The notes under the pieces: generated by a model
Databases searched by the model: none
What the model saw: the letters and a program-made list of their open reading frames with translations, nothing else
What the model was told of the DNA's origin: nothing
Assembly (NCBI RefSeq): GCF_001194135.2
Contig: NC_068988.1
Coordinates: forward strand, 30,261,318 to 30,293,826
DNA from: Octopus bimaculoides
Taxonomy: Eukaryota
DNA: 32,509 nucleotides
Direction: 5' to 3'
Translations under genes and position numbers: made by a program
Part shown: piece by piece, positions 12,563 to 23,295 of the stretch
Layout of the letters: every line of letters begins with the position of its first letter
Position numbering within the stretch: the first letter of the stretch is position 1

Positions 12563-12905
12563 CTTTCATTAGTTGTAGTCATTAGACCCTGGCCATGCTG
12601 GGGCATCACCTTGAAGAGTTTCTAGTTGAGTGGATCAAACCCCAGGACATTTCTGTTTTTGTTTCATATATACCTGGTACTCATTCAGTTGATCCCTTTT
12701 TACTGGAATGCCAAGGTAAAGGGATGTGAACAAACGAACACCAGCTGTCAAGCAGTGGTGGAGGGCAAACTCAAAGACACATATGCACATACACACACAC
12801 AAGGCTTCTTTCAGTTTCCATCTACCAAATCCACTCACAAGGCTTTGGTTGGCCTGAGGCTATAGCAGAAGACACTTGCCCATGGAGCCATGCTGTGGGA
12901 CTGAA
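12563..12905 (-). mobile_element. SINE family A variant
   Basis: Shares GGCCATGCTGG, GGCTTCTTTCAGTTTCC and GAAGACACTTGCCC blocks with the other copies. Confidence 0.75.
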
Positions 12906-12939
12906 TGTGTGTGTGTGTGTGTGTGTATGTGTGTTTATA

Positions 12940-13104
12940 TAGGTGCAGGAGTGGCTGTGTGGTAAGTAGCTTGCTTACCAATCACATGGTTCCGGGTTCA
13001 GTCCCACTGCATGGCACCTTGGGCAAGTGTCTTCTACTATAACCTTGAGACAACCAAAGCCAACGGAGTGGATTCAATAGACAGAAACTGAAAGAAGCCT
13101 GTCG

Positions 13105-13135
<31 letters not shown>

Positions 13136-13190
13136 TTGTCCCCCCTACCATCACTTGGCAACTGATGTTGGTGTGTTTACGTGCCCATAA
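12940..13190 (+). mobile_element. tRNA-derived SINE family A with intact head; CORE-like central domain
   Basis: A box TGGCTGTGTGG, B box GGTTCAGTCCC (about 12995-13005), then GCACCTTGGGCAAGTGTCTT. That block resembles the CORE domain of MIR-type SINEs (recalled similarity). Confidence 0.8.
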
Positions 13191-13786
13191 AATGAACATC
13201 GTCATAATCATATCCTCCTCCTCCTCCACATCATCATCATCATCATTGTCATCATCGTCACCAGCACCACCAGCAGCAGCACCACCACCACCTGATAAAA
13301 GTCCTGCTTGGAATATTTTCATTCCAAGTACAAGATTCTTGTTGACATAGACCGTTGCTATGGCGCTACCAGTTCTTGTGATGATCCTTAATTATTTAAA
13401 AAGGGCTGATTAGAAGTAAGGATATGCAACCCCACCAGCCACCTAAAATACCAGGTCAAATAAAAGTAAACAAATAAGAATGAAGTAAACTTCAGTGGGG
13501 GTGGGCGTGGGGTGGATCATTTCTACATGTGGCTTAGCTTAGAATTTGTTAGTTTTATCACATGGGAAAATATTTGAGTGACTCTGTAAGTGTGTGTGTG
13601 TGTGTATGTGTGTGTGGTGGGCGGAAAGTGATGTGTCTGTGTGTGAGTATGTGTATGTGTATGCGTATATCACTGCATCATCATCATCATCACCATCATC
13701 GTCGTCGTCGTCGTCATCATCATCTCATTATTATCATCCACCATCATCATCATCATTATCATCGTCATCATTGTCATCCTCATCAT

Positions 13787-13920
13787 TGAACCTGGGTTCT
13801 CATTCCTAAGGTATTTTTTGATGTTATTATTATTATTATTATTCAGGTCACTGCCTGGAATCGAATTCAGAATCTTGGGGTTAGTGGCCTGCGCTTTTAA
13901 CCACTATGCCATATGCCCGT
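13787..13920 (-). mobile_element. tRNA-headed repeat (family C), inverted copy 1
   Basis: Reverse complement of the 451-577 element, extending to ...AATGAGAACCCAGGTTC. Confidence 0.8.
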
Positions 13921-13969
13921 AATATTATTATTATCATTAGTAGTAATAGTAATGATTATTATTACTATT

Positions 13970-14052
13970 ATTATTCAAGTCACTGCTTGGAATTGAACTC
14001 GGAATCTTGGGGTTAGTAACCCGCGCTCGTAACCACTACGCCATATGCCCGT
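13970..14052 (-). mobile_element. tRNA-headed repeat (family C), inverted copy 2 (head only)
   Basis: Second tandem copy of the tRNA-like head; ends in ...ATATGCCCGT like copy 1. Confidence 0.8.
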
Positions 14053-14262
14053 AGGCAGTGACCTGAATAATAAAATTAATAATAATAACAACATTGAAAA
14101 ATACCTTAAGAATGAGAACCCAGATTCGAAATTTCCCCAAGACACCTGATGAAGGCTGGAGGGTATATCAGCCGAAACATTGTGTTAACAACAAACAAGA
14201 TGAGGACAAATATCCATCGAATGTAAATATGTAAATAATTCCTCATCTCTTAAATATAGAAC
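14053..14262 (+). mobile_element. Family C 3' body carrying the hammerhead motif
   Basis: Starts AGGCAGTGACCTGAATAAT, shared with 451-577 and 13787-13920, and continues into the hammerhead at 14141-14186. Confidence 0.75.
14141..14186 (+). ncRNA. Minimal type-I hammerhead ribozyme motif (Penelope-type; probably degraded at the cleavage triplet)
   Basis: GACAC-CTGATGA-A-GGCTG(gagggtatat)CAGCC-GAAA-C-ATT-GTGTT. The core CUGAUGA and GAAA are present, stem II is 5 bp, and stem I pairs GACAC with GTGTT. Stem III reads ACAT instead of the palindromic ACGT. Confidence 0.7.
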
Positions 14263-14968
14263 TGTAGAATTGAATATGTTCTTATTATTTCCACATTTGC
14301 TTCTACCAGCATCAAAATTGTCTTTCTTTTGCCAAAAATGTTAAGTCAGAGCTGAAGGAGTAACTGAATATTTTTACAGCAACAACAACAACAACAACAT
14401 CAACAATAAAAAGACAAATCGTTTTTATTCCTGTTATTTCTCTCATTGCTTCCACGGGCATCTGTCCAGCCCCTAGCAACTGCTTATTGGGTGTGAAGTA
14501 AAACTGAAAACGTAAACATCAAACTAAGGGAATGGCAATGGAGGTATAACGATGTTTGTCTGTCGTTCAGTTTATCTATTTTTAGATGGGTGCATGTTTG
14601 GATCTTGTAAAAATTTATCTTGCTGATAGCATTAAAAATATCTTCTTCAGATTTATTTTGTTTTAATGCTCAAAAATATTGTGGGAGCAAGGTTCGGCTT
14701 TTGAACAACTAAACTTTATTCCTGTGCAGAAAAGATGATGGAAAAACAAAAAGGAAACAAATAATAAAAACGGTGCCTGTGTGTGGTTGTGGTGGTGGGC
14801 ACAAAAATATTTTCTCAAAGAAGAAAAAAAAATATAAAAGAATGAAACAAAAATAAGAAATGAAATAAAAAAGAAATTAAATCTAATGAAATAGGGAGTA
14901 ATTCAGTTTGTGTTGCAATAATAATTCTCCATTTTGTTCCTCACACCCAAAATATTGGAGAAGAAGGA

Positions 14969-15001
<33 letters not shown>

Positions 15002-15737
15002 CAGAAAGAGAAAGAAAGATATTCAGTTTGGTAACAGGGTAAAAGGAAATCTCTTTAAATGAGTTTATTTTAGTATTTGAGGGGAGGGGGAAATGTAAGG
15101 AAAATATTTAAGACTTAATTCTTGTACATTTTTTTTTTAGCTTTTGACTTTTCATGATGCTGTTAGTGCGTGTGAATGTGTGTGGTGTGTGTGTGTGTAG
15201 TTCATGATGTGTGTCTGTGTGTGAGTGTGTGTGTATGTTTAGGGCAGCATATAATAAAACTATTGACTATTAGGTGTTAGAAGTAGTTTTAATAAATTAA
15301 AATTTAGTTTAAGATTCCAGNNNNNNNNNNNNNNNNNNNNNNNNNNNNNNNNNNNNNNNNNNNNNNNNNNNNNNNNNNNNNNNNNNNNNNNNNNNNNNNN
15401 NNNNNNNNNNNNNNNNNNNNNNNNNNNNNNNNNNNNNNNNNNNNNNNNNNNNNNNNNNNNNNNNNNNNNNNNNNNNNNNNNNNNNNNNNNNNNNNNNNNN
15501 NNNNNNNNNNNNNNNNNNNNNNNNNNNNNNNNNNNNNNNNNNNNNNNNNNNNNNNNNNNNNNNNNNNNNNNNNNNNNNNNNNNNNNNNNNNNNNNNNNNN
15601 NNNNNNNNNNNNNNNNNNNNNNNNNNNNNNNNNNNNNNNNNNNNNNNNNNNNNNNNNNNNNNNNNNNNNNNNNNNNNNNNNNNNNNNNNNNNNNNNNNNN
15701 NNNNNNNNNNNNNNNNNNNNNNNNNNNNNNNNNNNNG

Positions 15738-15945
15738 GTAGAGGTGGAGGTGGTGATGGTTGTGGTAGTGGTGAAGGTGGTGGTGGTAGAGGTGGAGGTG
15801 GTGATGGTGGAGGTGGTGATAGTTGTGGTAGTGGTTAAGGTGGTGGTGGTGATGGTTGTGGTGAAGGTGGTGATGGTGGAGGTGGTGATGGTTGTGGTGG
15901 TAGTGGTGGTGGTGATGGTTGAGATAGTGGTGGTGGCGGTGATAG
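15738..15945. repeat. (GGT)n-like trinucleotide tract
   Basis: Directly visible; explains the poly-Thr/His/Val ORFs. Confidence 0.9.
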
Positions 15946-15947
15946 TG

Positions 15948-16235
15948 GCTGAGGCTATAGTAGAAGCCTTGTAAGTGAATCTGGTAGATGGAAACTGAAA
16001 GAAGCCCATTGTACATATGTGTGTGCATGTGTATTCATTTCCCCGTCACCATTTGACAACCGATGCTGGTGTGTTTACGTCTCAATAACATATCGGTTTG
16101 GGAGAAAGAGACAGAGTAAGTACCTGGCTTTAAAAACAAGAACTGGGTCGATTCATTCGACTAAAATTCCTCAAGATGGTGTCCTAGCATGGCTGCAATC
16201 CAATGACTGAAACAAGTAAAAAATAAAAGATAAAA
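15948..16235 (+). mobile_element. SINE family A body and tail
   Basis: GAGGCTATAGTAGAAG...GGAAACTGAAAGAAGCCC...TGACTGAAACAAGTAAA. Confidence 0.75.
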
Positions 16236-16377
16236 GATCCACTTTTCCACATTTGCTTGGGTCAGACTGAATCCATAAAGGCAGATTTTTCTATGGCTGG
16301 ATGCCCTTTCTGTCACCAACCCTCACCTCTTTCCAAGCAACGTTATATAAGCATCATTTAACATGCACATATACTGT

Positions 16378-16725
16378 GAATGCACATGACTCAGTGGTTA
16401 CAGCGTCGAGTTTACGATCATGAGGTTGTGAGTTTGATTCCTGGCCCGGGTTACATGTTGTGTTCTTGAGCAAGACACTTTATTTCACGTTGCTCCAGTT
16501 CACTCAGCTGTAGAAACGAGTTGCAACGTCACTGGTGCCAAGCTGTATCGGCCCCTTTGCATTTCCCTTGGATAACATCAGTGGCATGAGAAGGGGGAGG
16601 CAGGTATGCATGGGCGACTGCTGGTCTTCCACAAACAACCTTGCCCAGACTTGTACCTTGGAGGCTAACTTCCTAGGTGCAATCCCATGGTCATTTATGA
16701 CTGAAGGGGGTCTCCTCCTCTCCTC
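16378..16725 (+). mobile_element. tRNA-derived SINE, family D
   Basis: Head TGACTCAGTGGTTA...GAGTTTGATTCC, then GTGTTCTTGAGCAAGACACTTTATTTCACGTTGCTCCAGT. A diverged copy lies at 6821-6945. Confidence 0.65.
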
Positions 16726-16747
16726 ATACTGTTATATCAATTTGCGT

Positions 16748-16936
16748 TTTATTTTGTAATAGTTTTATATATCAAGTGTCAAAAGAATTTTATTGTACAT
16801 TTATGGTTTGGTTCTTGACATTATTTCACAACACAAAAAGAACACAAACAAAAGAAACCTGAATATATAAAAAAATGAAAGAAACAAACAGTAAAATAGG
16901 TTTTATATTAAATTTCTCTAGAAATTTAGCTTTATT
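16748..16936 (-). terminator. Candidate polyadenylation signals in the UBE2G2 3' UTR
   Basis: Minus-strand AATAAA at 16931-16936, 16789-16794 (preceded by TGTA, a CFIm-type UGUA element) and 16748-16753, in a U-rich region downstream of the stop codon. Confidence 0.55.
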
Positions 16937-17041
16937 TACCAAAAATGCATTAAATATCAAGTTGATTTTTCAACAAGACAGAAGAAAGATATTTTCAAAC
17001 AAAGGCAGGAAGAAGGAAAAGGAATGGTCGATAATATTTCT

Positions 17042-17154
17042 TCAAAAACCCAAGGATTTTGCAACAGTTTTACGTGCAATGCTGTTGAATCTCTGACGGT
17101 CTTCTCGCCATGTTTTGGCAGCATCAACGTTGGCTGCACTCTCATCATTTGGTT
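17042..17154 (-). CDS. UBE2G2: UBE2G2 last coding exon (113 nt including TGA)
   Basis: ...cttattacag acceptor. Encodes (E)PNDESAANVDAAKTWREDRQRFNSIARKTVAKSLGF*, with stop at 17042-17044. It matches the UBE2G2 C-terminus (...KSLGL in vertebrates). Confidence 0.96.
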
Positions 17155-17874
17155 CTGTAATAAGAAACAAATAAATATTCAGAAAAAATGGAATTATAGA
17201 ACTGACAGCAACAATATTATCATCAATTTATCAATTTACTTTCAGCGCGCACACACAACCAGCATGACAGACATACAAACAGCAAATTTAAGTATTTCTC
17301 CAAAGACTGAAAAAAAAAAATGATGAACAGCCTTAATCAATTTTTGACGCTTATTGTGTTTGTGTGTATAAACGTATATACATTATATACATACACATAC
17401 ATCTATATATGCATACACACACACACATATATACATATGTACATACATATATACACATATAAATATATGCACACTTATACATATATATATATTTATATAT
17501 ACACATATACATATATATATACTCATACACATACATATATACATAAACATGTACATACATATATATATGTACATGAACACATACATATACCATCATCTTC
17601 ATCATTTAACGGCCATTGTCCATGCTGGCATGGGTTGGACAGTTTGTCTGGGCTGGCATGCTGGAAGGCTGCACCAGGCTCCAATACACACACACACACA
17701 CACATATATATATATTCACATGTATGTGTGTATATATATATATCATCATCATACACATACATACATATATATACACAAACATGTATACATATATATACAC
17801 ATACATATACACACACACACACATATATATGTATACATCCATATACACACACACACATTTACATATGTATATAC

Positions 17875-18075
17875 ATATCATCATCATCATCATCATCGCT
17901 TAACGTCCACTTTCCATGTTGGCCTGGGTTGGATGGTTTGACATGGAGCTGGCTAGCAGGGAACTGTCCAGACTCCCAACTGTCTGTTGTGGCATGGATT
18001 CTACAGCTAGATGCCCTTCCTAATGCCAACCACTTAACAGAGTGTGCTGGGTGCTCTTTATGTGCCACCAGCATG
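17875..18075 (-). mobile_element. SINE family B in the last UBE2G2 intron
   Basis: (CAT)n CGCTTAACGTCCACTTTCCATG...GATGCCCTTCCTAATGCCAACC. Confidence 0.7.
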
Positions 18076-18094
18076 GCTGATATGCATACATTAC

Positions 18095-18465
18095 CTATTT
18101 GCCTTTTACCTGTTTCAGTTATTAGACTACGGTCATGCTGGGGCACCATCTTGACGAATTTTTAGTCAAATGAATTGACCTCAACGCAATTTTTCTTTAA
18201 GGCTGGTACTTATTCTATTAGTCTCTATTGCCAAACTGCTAAGTTACAGGGGATGTAAATAAACCAACATTGGTTGTCAAGCAGTGGTGGGAAACCAATA
18301 CAAAGACACACACACACATGCTGGGCTTCTTTCAGTTTCCTTTTACCAAATCCATTCACAAAACTTTGGTTTTATCTTTATTTGACAGAGTTGGTCCAAG
18401 GTACCACACAGTATGACTGAACCATGTGGTTGGGAAGCAAACTTCTTACCACACAGCCAACTACA
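18095..18465 (-). mobile_element. SINE family A ending about 35 nt from the exon donor at 18500
   Basis: GGTCATGCTGGGGCACC...GGGCTTCTTTCAGTTTCC...GGTTGGGAAGCAAACTTCTTACCACACAGCCA. Confidence 0.75.
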
Positions 18466-18500
18466 GTTGTCTGTATGTGATCTGGAAAGTGATTTCTCAC

Positions 18501-18641
18501 CTGCTAACATACTGACAACAGAGAGAAGGATTTTCTCAACACTTTGTACTGGACTCCACCTTTCAGCACTGGTTTCATATCCCATGGGGTCGTCTCCAGG
18601 TGCATGAAGAATTGAGATACATACACGGCCGTCAACATAAA
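18501..18641 (-). CDS. UBE2G2: UBE2G2 catalytic exon (141 nt, phase 1 to phase 1)
   Basis: ...cttttgcag acceptor; GTGAGA donor. Encodes (I)[46 protein letters not shown]. The active-site Cys codon is at 18619-18621, followed by the acidic-loop insertion typical of Ubc7/UBE2G/Cdc34-type E2s. Confidence 0.97.
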
Positions 18642-19002
18642 CTGCAAAAGCAGAATAGAATCACAAGCATTTAGAGAGAACACACCAAAGAAAAAGAAAA
18701 GCCATGCCAACATGGTTTTAATAATAATGATGAGAGAGAGAGAGAGAGAGAGGGGGGNNNNNNNNNNNNNNNNNNNNNNNNNNNNNNNNNNNNNNNNNNN
18801 NNNNNNNNNNNNNNNNNNNNNNNNNNNNNNNNNNNNNNNNNNNNNNNNNNNNNNNNNNNNNNNNNNNNNNNNNNNNNNNNNNNNNNNNNNNNNNNNNNNN
18901 NNNNNNNNNNNNNNNNNNNNNNNNNNNNNNNNNNNNNNNNNNNNNNNNNNNNNNNNNNNNNNNNNNNNNNNNNNNNNNNNNNNNNNNNNNNNNNNNNNNN
19001 NN

Positions 19003-19056
<54 letters not shown>

Positions 19057-19154
19057 TAAAGTAATGTTCCCAAAAACAGAGTTAACAAGATAGCATCATT
19101 TTGGCTGATGTTACAACCTAGCACCAAGTTTTACATAATTCTTTTCTCTCTCTA

Positions 19155-19700
19155 TAATGGCTGTCTAGCAGTAGCAGAGGCCCTCAGAAATTCTGGGTTG
19201 GTGTCTGACATGCTGGAAGACTCCTAGGAGCAAGGCATTCTTAGCGTTTGCTAAAGCATGTCTCTAGGAGAAGGTCGCTCTGATATAAAACCAAATATGC
19301 AGGGAGTGGCATTGAACATTTTGAGGCCCTTCTACTTGCACCTGAGATCATGGTGCTCCCACACTCCTGAGCCTACAACACATATTGGTACTTCATATCT
19401 TGTCCTGGCTTCTCTCTGAATCATGGCAGTAGGATGGACAGGGTCGGTGAGGTGGAGTGCAAGCCTTATTGGACTTAAAAGTTTAGATTGTGCAATCACT
19501 GGCAAGGTGACAATCTGAGGTTCGGTTGAGTTGGTTGGTGCTGCAGCAAATATGGACACTGCGGATGTGTATCCAGGTTAAGCTGACTGTTGGTGCAATA
19601 ACCTTGTGCATGGACATTGCTGGCATTTTGTATGGGCAATGGTCAGTGATGGTCTTTCTTGGTCACGAGTAGACAACCTTCATCATCATCATCATATATA
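19155..19700 (+). mobile_element. Probable decayed LINE 3' fragment
   Basis: Higher-GC, non-repetitive block ending in GAGTAGACAACC (19667-19678) plus a (CAT)n(TA)n tail, the same terminus as at 20049-20060. No convincing protein motif was recovered. Confidence 0.35.
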
Positions 19701-19706
19701 TATATT

Positions 19707-20085
19707 TTTGTGTGCACAGTTTGTGACAAACCATGCCTTTTTTTTTGCTCAGCTCAAATCTCATTTGTGAATCCATGGAAAACGAACCTCCACCAACTAT
19801 TCTGTTTATATGTCTGTGCACATCTTTCAATGCAATGTATGCCAGAAGGTCTGCAAATCCAACAGAGGCCTCAAAAGACATTTCAAGATCCACAAAGAGC
19901 AGAAGTTATCTACAGATCTTGGTGGTCCAAATCGGATATGCAATCTGTGTGGGTGTCTTTTCAAAACATTGTCTGGTTCAAAAAGCCACATCAGATGCCA
20001 AGATGGTGATAAGGTATAGGTACAGGAGGTGGTCAAACTCTGCATAAGGAGTAGACAACCACCATATATATATATATATATAAAT
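19707..20085 (+). mobile_element. 5'-truncated RTE-like LINE 3' end encoding three C2H2 zinc fingers (decayed)
   Basis: ZF1 FVCTVCDKPCLFF/AQLKSHL*IH (one extra T in a poly-T run, plus a TGA stop); ZF2 FQCNVCQKVCKSNRGLKRHFKIH; ZF3 ICNLCGCLFKTLSGSKSHIRC. Then a stop, GAGTAGACAACC and a (TA)n tail. Confidence 0.65.
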
Positions 20086-20591
20086 ATACACTCACACATA
20101 CGAGTGAGTGAACAACTGAAAGAAGGTAGCACTCAATACACTTGACAGGTGCTGCATATACTTTTAATAACAGTCTGATTCAGCTCCACCTCGCTTGGGG
20201 TAATAACAGAAGACACTTGCCCAAGGTGGCACAGAATGGGATTGAACCTGGGATTACATGGTTGGGAAGCAAGCTTCTTACCCACACAGCCACGCCTGGG
20301 CCTACAGAAAAATATTTAAATAATTATTTGCTGTAACCTTGATGAGATTCATTTTGGTTTTCCTTTTCTTGAAGGTTAATAAAATAAGAATTAGTAACAT
20401 GTGAATCAGTTAATTAATTACAACCTCTGATACCCAAAACGAACTAGGACTTGGTGAAGAGAAGTCAAAAAGTTAATTAGTTTTAACATTTGAAAAACAC
20501 TGAAAGAAAATATTTGCAGAGACATGCATATATTTAAAATTTCTTTTAATATAAATAATAATGACAATGATAATTAAAACCGACAACTTAC

Positions 20592-20710
20592 TGTTGGGGT
20601 GAAAAATTTCACTGTTGAATTTCATTTTTGGAGGACTTAAGGGATAATCTGGAGGAAACATGAGTCGAGTTAAAAAGACGCCACCTTCAAAACAAGTGCC
20701 TTCAGGACCC
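20592..20710 (-). CDS. UBE2G2: UBE2G2 coding exon (119 nt, phase 2 to phase 1)
   Basis: Polypyrimidine tract and ...catcaag acceptor; GTAAGT donor. Encodes GPEGTCFEGGVFLTRLMFPPDYPLSPPKMKFNSEIFHPN, with the E2 'PxxYPxxPP' and HPN motifs. Confidence 0.97.
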
Positions 20711-20879
20711 CTTGATGGTAAAATGGAAAAAAAAGGAAGAAAAAAAGGGGACATTTTAATGACAACACTGAGGAAAGTAAGATCATACACAATAATCAAA
20801 GTTTAAGATTAACAATATCAATTTCAACTATTTTATTGCACTTCTCTCTCTCTCTCTCTCTCTCTCTTTCTATATATAT

Positions 20880-21125
20880 ACTCTTTTATTTGTTTCAGTC
20901 ATTTGACTGTGGCTATGCTGGAGCACTGCCTTTAGTCGAGCAAATCGACCCCAGGACTTATTCTTTGTAAGCCAAGCACTTATTCTATCAGTCTCTTTTG
21001 CTGAACCGCTAAGTTACAGGGACGTAAACACACCAGCATCGGTTGTCAAGCGATGTTGTGGAGACATACACAGACACACAAACATATACACACATATACA
21101 TATATATNNNNNNNNNNNNNNNNNN

Positions 21126-21168
<43 letters not shown>

Positions 21169-21250
21169 CGATGGGCTTCTTTCAGTTTCCGTCTACCAAA
21201 TCTTTGGTCAGCCCGAGGCTATAGTAGAAGACACTTGCTCACGGTGCCCT
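20880..21250 (-). mobile_element. SINE family A
   Basis: Close match to 8961-9200 and to the other family A copies. Confidence 0.8.
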
Positions 21251-21478
21251 CATGCCATTCAGTAACAACTTTAGCTGTGTGAATTGGTGCATTATCATCC
21301 TGAAAGATTGCGTTTCCCTCCGGAAACAGTTCCACAACCGTAGGATAAATTTGATCAGATAAAATGCTTAAATAGTGTTGACTATTAATTCTGCCATGAA
21401 GGGAAACCATTGGACTGGCGGATTTCCAAGATATAGCCCCACCCAGATCATCACAGATCCTCCTCCATGTTTGACAGT
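21247..21478 (-). mobile_element. Tc1-family DD34E transposase fragment (frameshifted)
   Basis: TVKHGGGSVMIW.../MVSLHGRINSQHYLSILSDQIYPTVVELFPEGNAIFQDDNAPIHTAKVVTEW. 'TVKHGGGSVMxW' and 'FQQDNAPxH' are diagnostic Tc1 motifs. Confidence 0.9.
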
Positions 21479-21575
21479 ACTAGGCTTACAAAGGATAAGT
21501 CCTGGCGTCGATTTACTTGGCTAAAGGCGGTGCTCCAGCATGGTCGCAGTCAAATGACTGAAACAAGTAAAAGAG
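21476..21575 (+). mobile_element. SINE family A 3' tail, inverted relative to 20880-20980
   Basis: AGTACTAGGCTTACAAAGGATAAGTCCTGG...TGACTGAAACAAGTAAAAGAG. Confidence 0.8.
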
Positions 21576-22705
21576 TATATGCCATCATGGAAAACTGACA
21601 TTAAATGACAACGATGATGATGATGCTGATGATGTGTTTGTTGATGCAAACAGGAAAACAGAACTCAAAACATGAGTATATATATGTATATATATATATA
21701 TATTTATATTTTCTATTAATAATTGAAGGAAAATATAAAAGCAATTGAAGGGCTGAGAGCTTTGTGTGTAACCAATGCACGAAACTTTCGGCCCTTGAGT
21801 CACTCTGTAACTGTTGTCAGCAATTAATAAAAAATTTTGTGTGTATGTGTGTGCACATACACACATTTATATACACACACACGCATAGACATTTATACAT
21901 ATACATACACACACACAGATACAGACATTTATACACACACACATGCTTATAGATATTTATACACATACGTCCATACACACACACATATATACAAATATAT
22001 ACACATATATATATACTTGAAGTATGCATGATTTGTTTTACTTTTCTTTTTTACTTTTTCTTTTTTTTTACAGCTCATTTAAACCTTTTGATCTTCGGAG
22101 TAATAGGAAGCTGATTATCCGAATGCTAAATCAAGGAAGTCATTAAAAATGATGAGTTTCTTTCATTATCTGTTGGCGATGGTTTATGGTGGTGACGGTA
22201 GTGGTAGCGGTGGTTGGTTCTCGAACATTTTGAAATAAATAGTTGAAGGCAAAATGTGGATTTTTATCTTTATTACAGCAAATAATTAAATAGAGAAAGA
22301 AAATTATTATTTTGGGTAAAATGATTTATAAATCGTGATAGTAAAGATAGACGAGGAAATGAATTAAAATGGAGTTCCATCCCCAAAGGATGAAATGTGG
22401 CCAAGTTAATAAAGGTGAGTTGGGTGCCAAGGTGAAAGAAAGATTCGATGTACGAGGACAGAAATGGGTTTTTACCTTTAGTAATCTGCTCATTGCCAGA
22501 CAGGAAATTGTAAGTTACCTTTTATCATTTACTTGTTTCAGGTATAAGACTATGGCCAAGCTGGGGCACCACTCTGAAAACTTCTTAGTCGAATGAATTG
22601 ACCCCAGTACTTCTATCAATCTCTTTTGTCAAACTGCTAAGTTACAGGAATGTATAGTCCGCAGGGGATTTTTAAGGGGCTGTACCTCTGAAAAACCTAA
22701 ACCTT

Positions 22706-22785
22706 GTGTATAATACGCACCCCTTCTCTAACTTGAGTCAATGAGGTCTATATAACGTTGTTGGTTTGTAAACGTATATACGGTA
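22706..22785. mobile_element. Possible pogo/Tc-type element terminus
   Basis: GTATAATACGCACC subterminal motif and terminal ...GTATATACGGTA resemble TACCGTAT-type TIRs. No partner TIR was found. Confidence 0.3.
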
Positions 22786-23295
22786 ACGTCCTTTATTATT
22801 ATTGTATATATTTGTTCCACCCATTTATTTACATTCTGAGTTCAAATCTTGCTGAGGTTAATGTTTATGCAAGGATCACAGGAATATATAGATAAGATAG
22901 TTGAAGTTAGTGTGAACATTTTTAATGCAGGGAGCATCAAAGGGCCTAGCCAAACAAGAGAAAGAAAAACAAAAAGAAAGAAAACGAGACTATTGTGAGG
23001 GTATTTGTGGTGGTGGTGTTGGGAGATAAATTATTCCGAGAGAAAGGGAAGAAGACAACGCTGGAAGCTAAGAAGAGACCAACCAGTGCAGTCTGCGGCC
23101 TATGATTGAAAGACCATAAACTGCTCTGCACTAATATTGATTTGATAAATATTGATAGTGGAAGAGTCATGGTTGGATAGCATAGGGTATATGAAACAGC
23201 TGTCGACATTTGTTGTAGCATGGAAAAAGTTTAACCTTTTTTTGTGATTATGTTTCAAATGAATTACATGTGTTGAGACATTTCAATTTTTGATT

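Noticed and set aside
13354-13363. RFX-like GTTGCTATGG (and GTTGCTAGG near 14471) as a promoter of a second gene
   Set aside because: Half-sites only; no linked exon or transcription start evidence.
14320-14494. Minus-strand acceptor plus open frame FYFTPNKQLLGAGQMPVEAMREITG...
   Set aside because: No donor found, it runs into (GTT)n, and I recognise no homolog.
20473-20799. The 108-aa ORF as a standalone gene
   Set aside because: It is the 119-nt UBE2G2 exon plus intronic read-through.
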